38,785 nucleotides of DNA, taken from assembly GCA_051942245.1 (NCBI GenBank), contig JAVECL010000182.1, forward strand, positions 1-38,785, written 5' to 3'. The position numbers and the translations under genes were made by a program. Under the pieces are notes generated by a model. It worked only from the letters and a program-made list of their open reading frames with translations. It ran no database searches and was not told the DNA's origin. Below, piece after piece: positions 37,130 to 38,785 of the stretch. The stretch comes from Trypethelium eluteriae (Eukaryota). Each line of letters begins with the position of its first letter. The stretch's first letter is position 1.

Positions 37130-38785
37130 ATGGTCAATTTGCGCGGCTTCAATTACATTGTATTCAAGAAGCGCATTGATATGTCTCGCCACCTTCACTC
37201 CGGCACAAAGCTCGGACGGGATTACGGAGTCAGTGTCAAAATTTCAGATGTAGCGAATTCCTCTAAAGCGATGCCAGGCTGCTGTCGCAGCTCTCAATAC
37301 GTTGCAGTCAAACTTTCAGGTCGTTGACGCTATACGGCGATCAGGACGCGGCATGAATAAATATGCCATTCCAGAGATGTTGGACTGGTGTCGGAAGCTA
37401 GGGTATGAGGTAGGTCCCTTACCATACAGCAATGGTCTGAGAACTCGCCATTTCACTCAATGATTCAAAGCCTAAAGATTTCGATGCATTTCGGCCGATT
37501 CATATTGCAGGAACGAAGGGCAAAGGATCGACAAGCGCGATGGTTTCATCGATTTTGTCGCAGTACAAGTCCGGCAGTATGAAAAAGATCGGGCTCTACA
37601 CATCTCCGCATCTGCGATTCGTTCGAGAACGCATTCAGATTGACAATCAGCCTCTTTCCGAGGAGAAGTTTACCAGATACTTCTTTGAGACATGGGATGC
37701 ACTTGAAGCTGCCGCAGAGGAAGCCGGGCATCCGAATCCCCAAGATCCAAGCACGAAGCCTGTGTATTTTAGATTCCTGACCTTGATGGCTTTCCATGCG
37801 TTTCTGAAAGAGCAAGTCCACACGGCTGTGATAGAGTGCGGCATTGGTGGTGAATACGATAGTACCAATGTCCTCGCCAATCCCTCCGTGACAGGTATCA
37901 CCAGTCTCGGTATCGACCACACGGCAATGCTTGGAGACGCCATCGAGGAGATCGCCTGGCATAAGGGAGGAATACTGAAACCCGATGTGCCAGCCTACAC
38001 CGTTCAACAAGCAGACAGCGCTCTTGAAATCCTCGAGCAGCGGGCAAAGGAAAGAAACACGAAGCTTCACATCACCAAGCCACATATAGATTTCGACAAC
38101 TTCAGATTAGGTCTAGACGCCGATTTCCAAAAGATCAATGCTGGGCTTGCCATCCACATCGCAGCCACCCACCTCAACAACATCAAAGAACCCCCATCCC
38201 TACATCCCTCCATGCTGCACCAAGGTTCCCTCCCGCCCGAATTCATCTCCGGTCTCCAACAAGTCCGCTGGCCCGGCCGCTGCGAGATCCGGCACGAGCA
38301 GAACCTCACCTGGTACATCGACGGCGGGCACACGCTCGAAAGCATCGCGCTGACCGGATCCTGGTTTGCTAGCCGCATCCTCCCCCAGCCCGCAACAAAA
38401 GAATCTCGCATTGCTACCGAAAAGCCCACTTCCCAACCCATAGAGGCAAATCCCACCTCCACGATGACCAACAGCGACGTCCAGCCCGCTCGTAGTTCAG
38501 AACCACTCCTCCAAAAAACCCGCGTCCTGATCTTCAACCAACAAGTCCGGTCCGCGCCCCCGCTCGCCCGCTCCCTCCACGCCCTGCTCTCCTCCGCGCT
38601 CAGCACGCCCCAACCCTTCACCCACGTCGTCTTCTGCACCAACACGACGTTCCGCGAGCAGGGCTTCTCGCCGGACCTGGTGAGCGTGAATGTGGATGCC
38701 GAGGAGGTGGGGAAGCTGAGCGTGCAGAAGGAATTGGCCGAGGTGTGGCAGGGGTTGGATTCGCAGGCGGAGGTGAGGGTGGTGA
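37130..38785 (+). CDS. Folylpolyglutamate synthase (FPGS, MET7/met-6 family), 3'-truncated by the window end
   Basis: Exons are 37130-37228, 37278-37409 and 37471 to beyond 38785 (open frame with no stop, so absent from the ORF track). Motifs: ALNTLQSN, HIAGTKGKGST (P-loop), GLYTSPHL..VRERI, YFRFLTLMAF, ECGIGGEYDSTN, GIDH, IAWHKGGI, WPGR and YIDGGHT. Confidence 0.93.

Overview
Eukaryotic DNA from a filamentous ascomycete, judged by its short GT/GC-AG introns with CTRAY branch sites and its fungal gene families. About 32 kb (1505-33431) looks like a secondary-metabolite gene cluster. It is built around an intact 11-exon highly reducing PKS (KS-AT-DH-cMT-ER-KR-ACP, about 2589 aa, no release domain, ER motifs degenerate). 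The other genes are an epoxide-hydrolase-type alpha/beta hydrolase, a cytochrome P450, a GT32/capsule-polysaccharide-type glycosyltransferase, a full-length ABCB/MDR exporter, two PTH11/rhodopsin-domain membrane proteins (one lacking an in-frame ATG) and an embedded intronless HET-6-like gene with an unusual hydrophobic insert. To the right lie an APH/kinase-like phosphotransferase and a folylpolyglutamate synthase that runs off the window edge. Two copies of an approximately 180-bp, fully fold-back MITE-like element with 2-bp target duplications occur in the cluster, one inside a PKS intron. Gene models were spliced by hand and no database searches were run.
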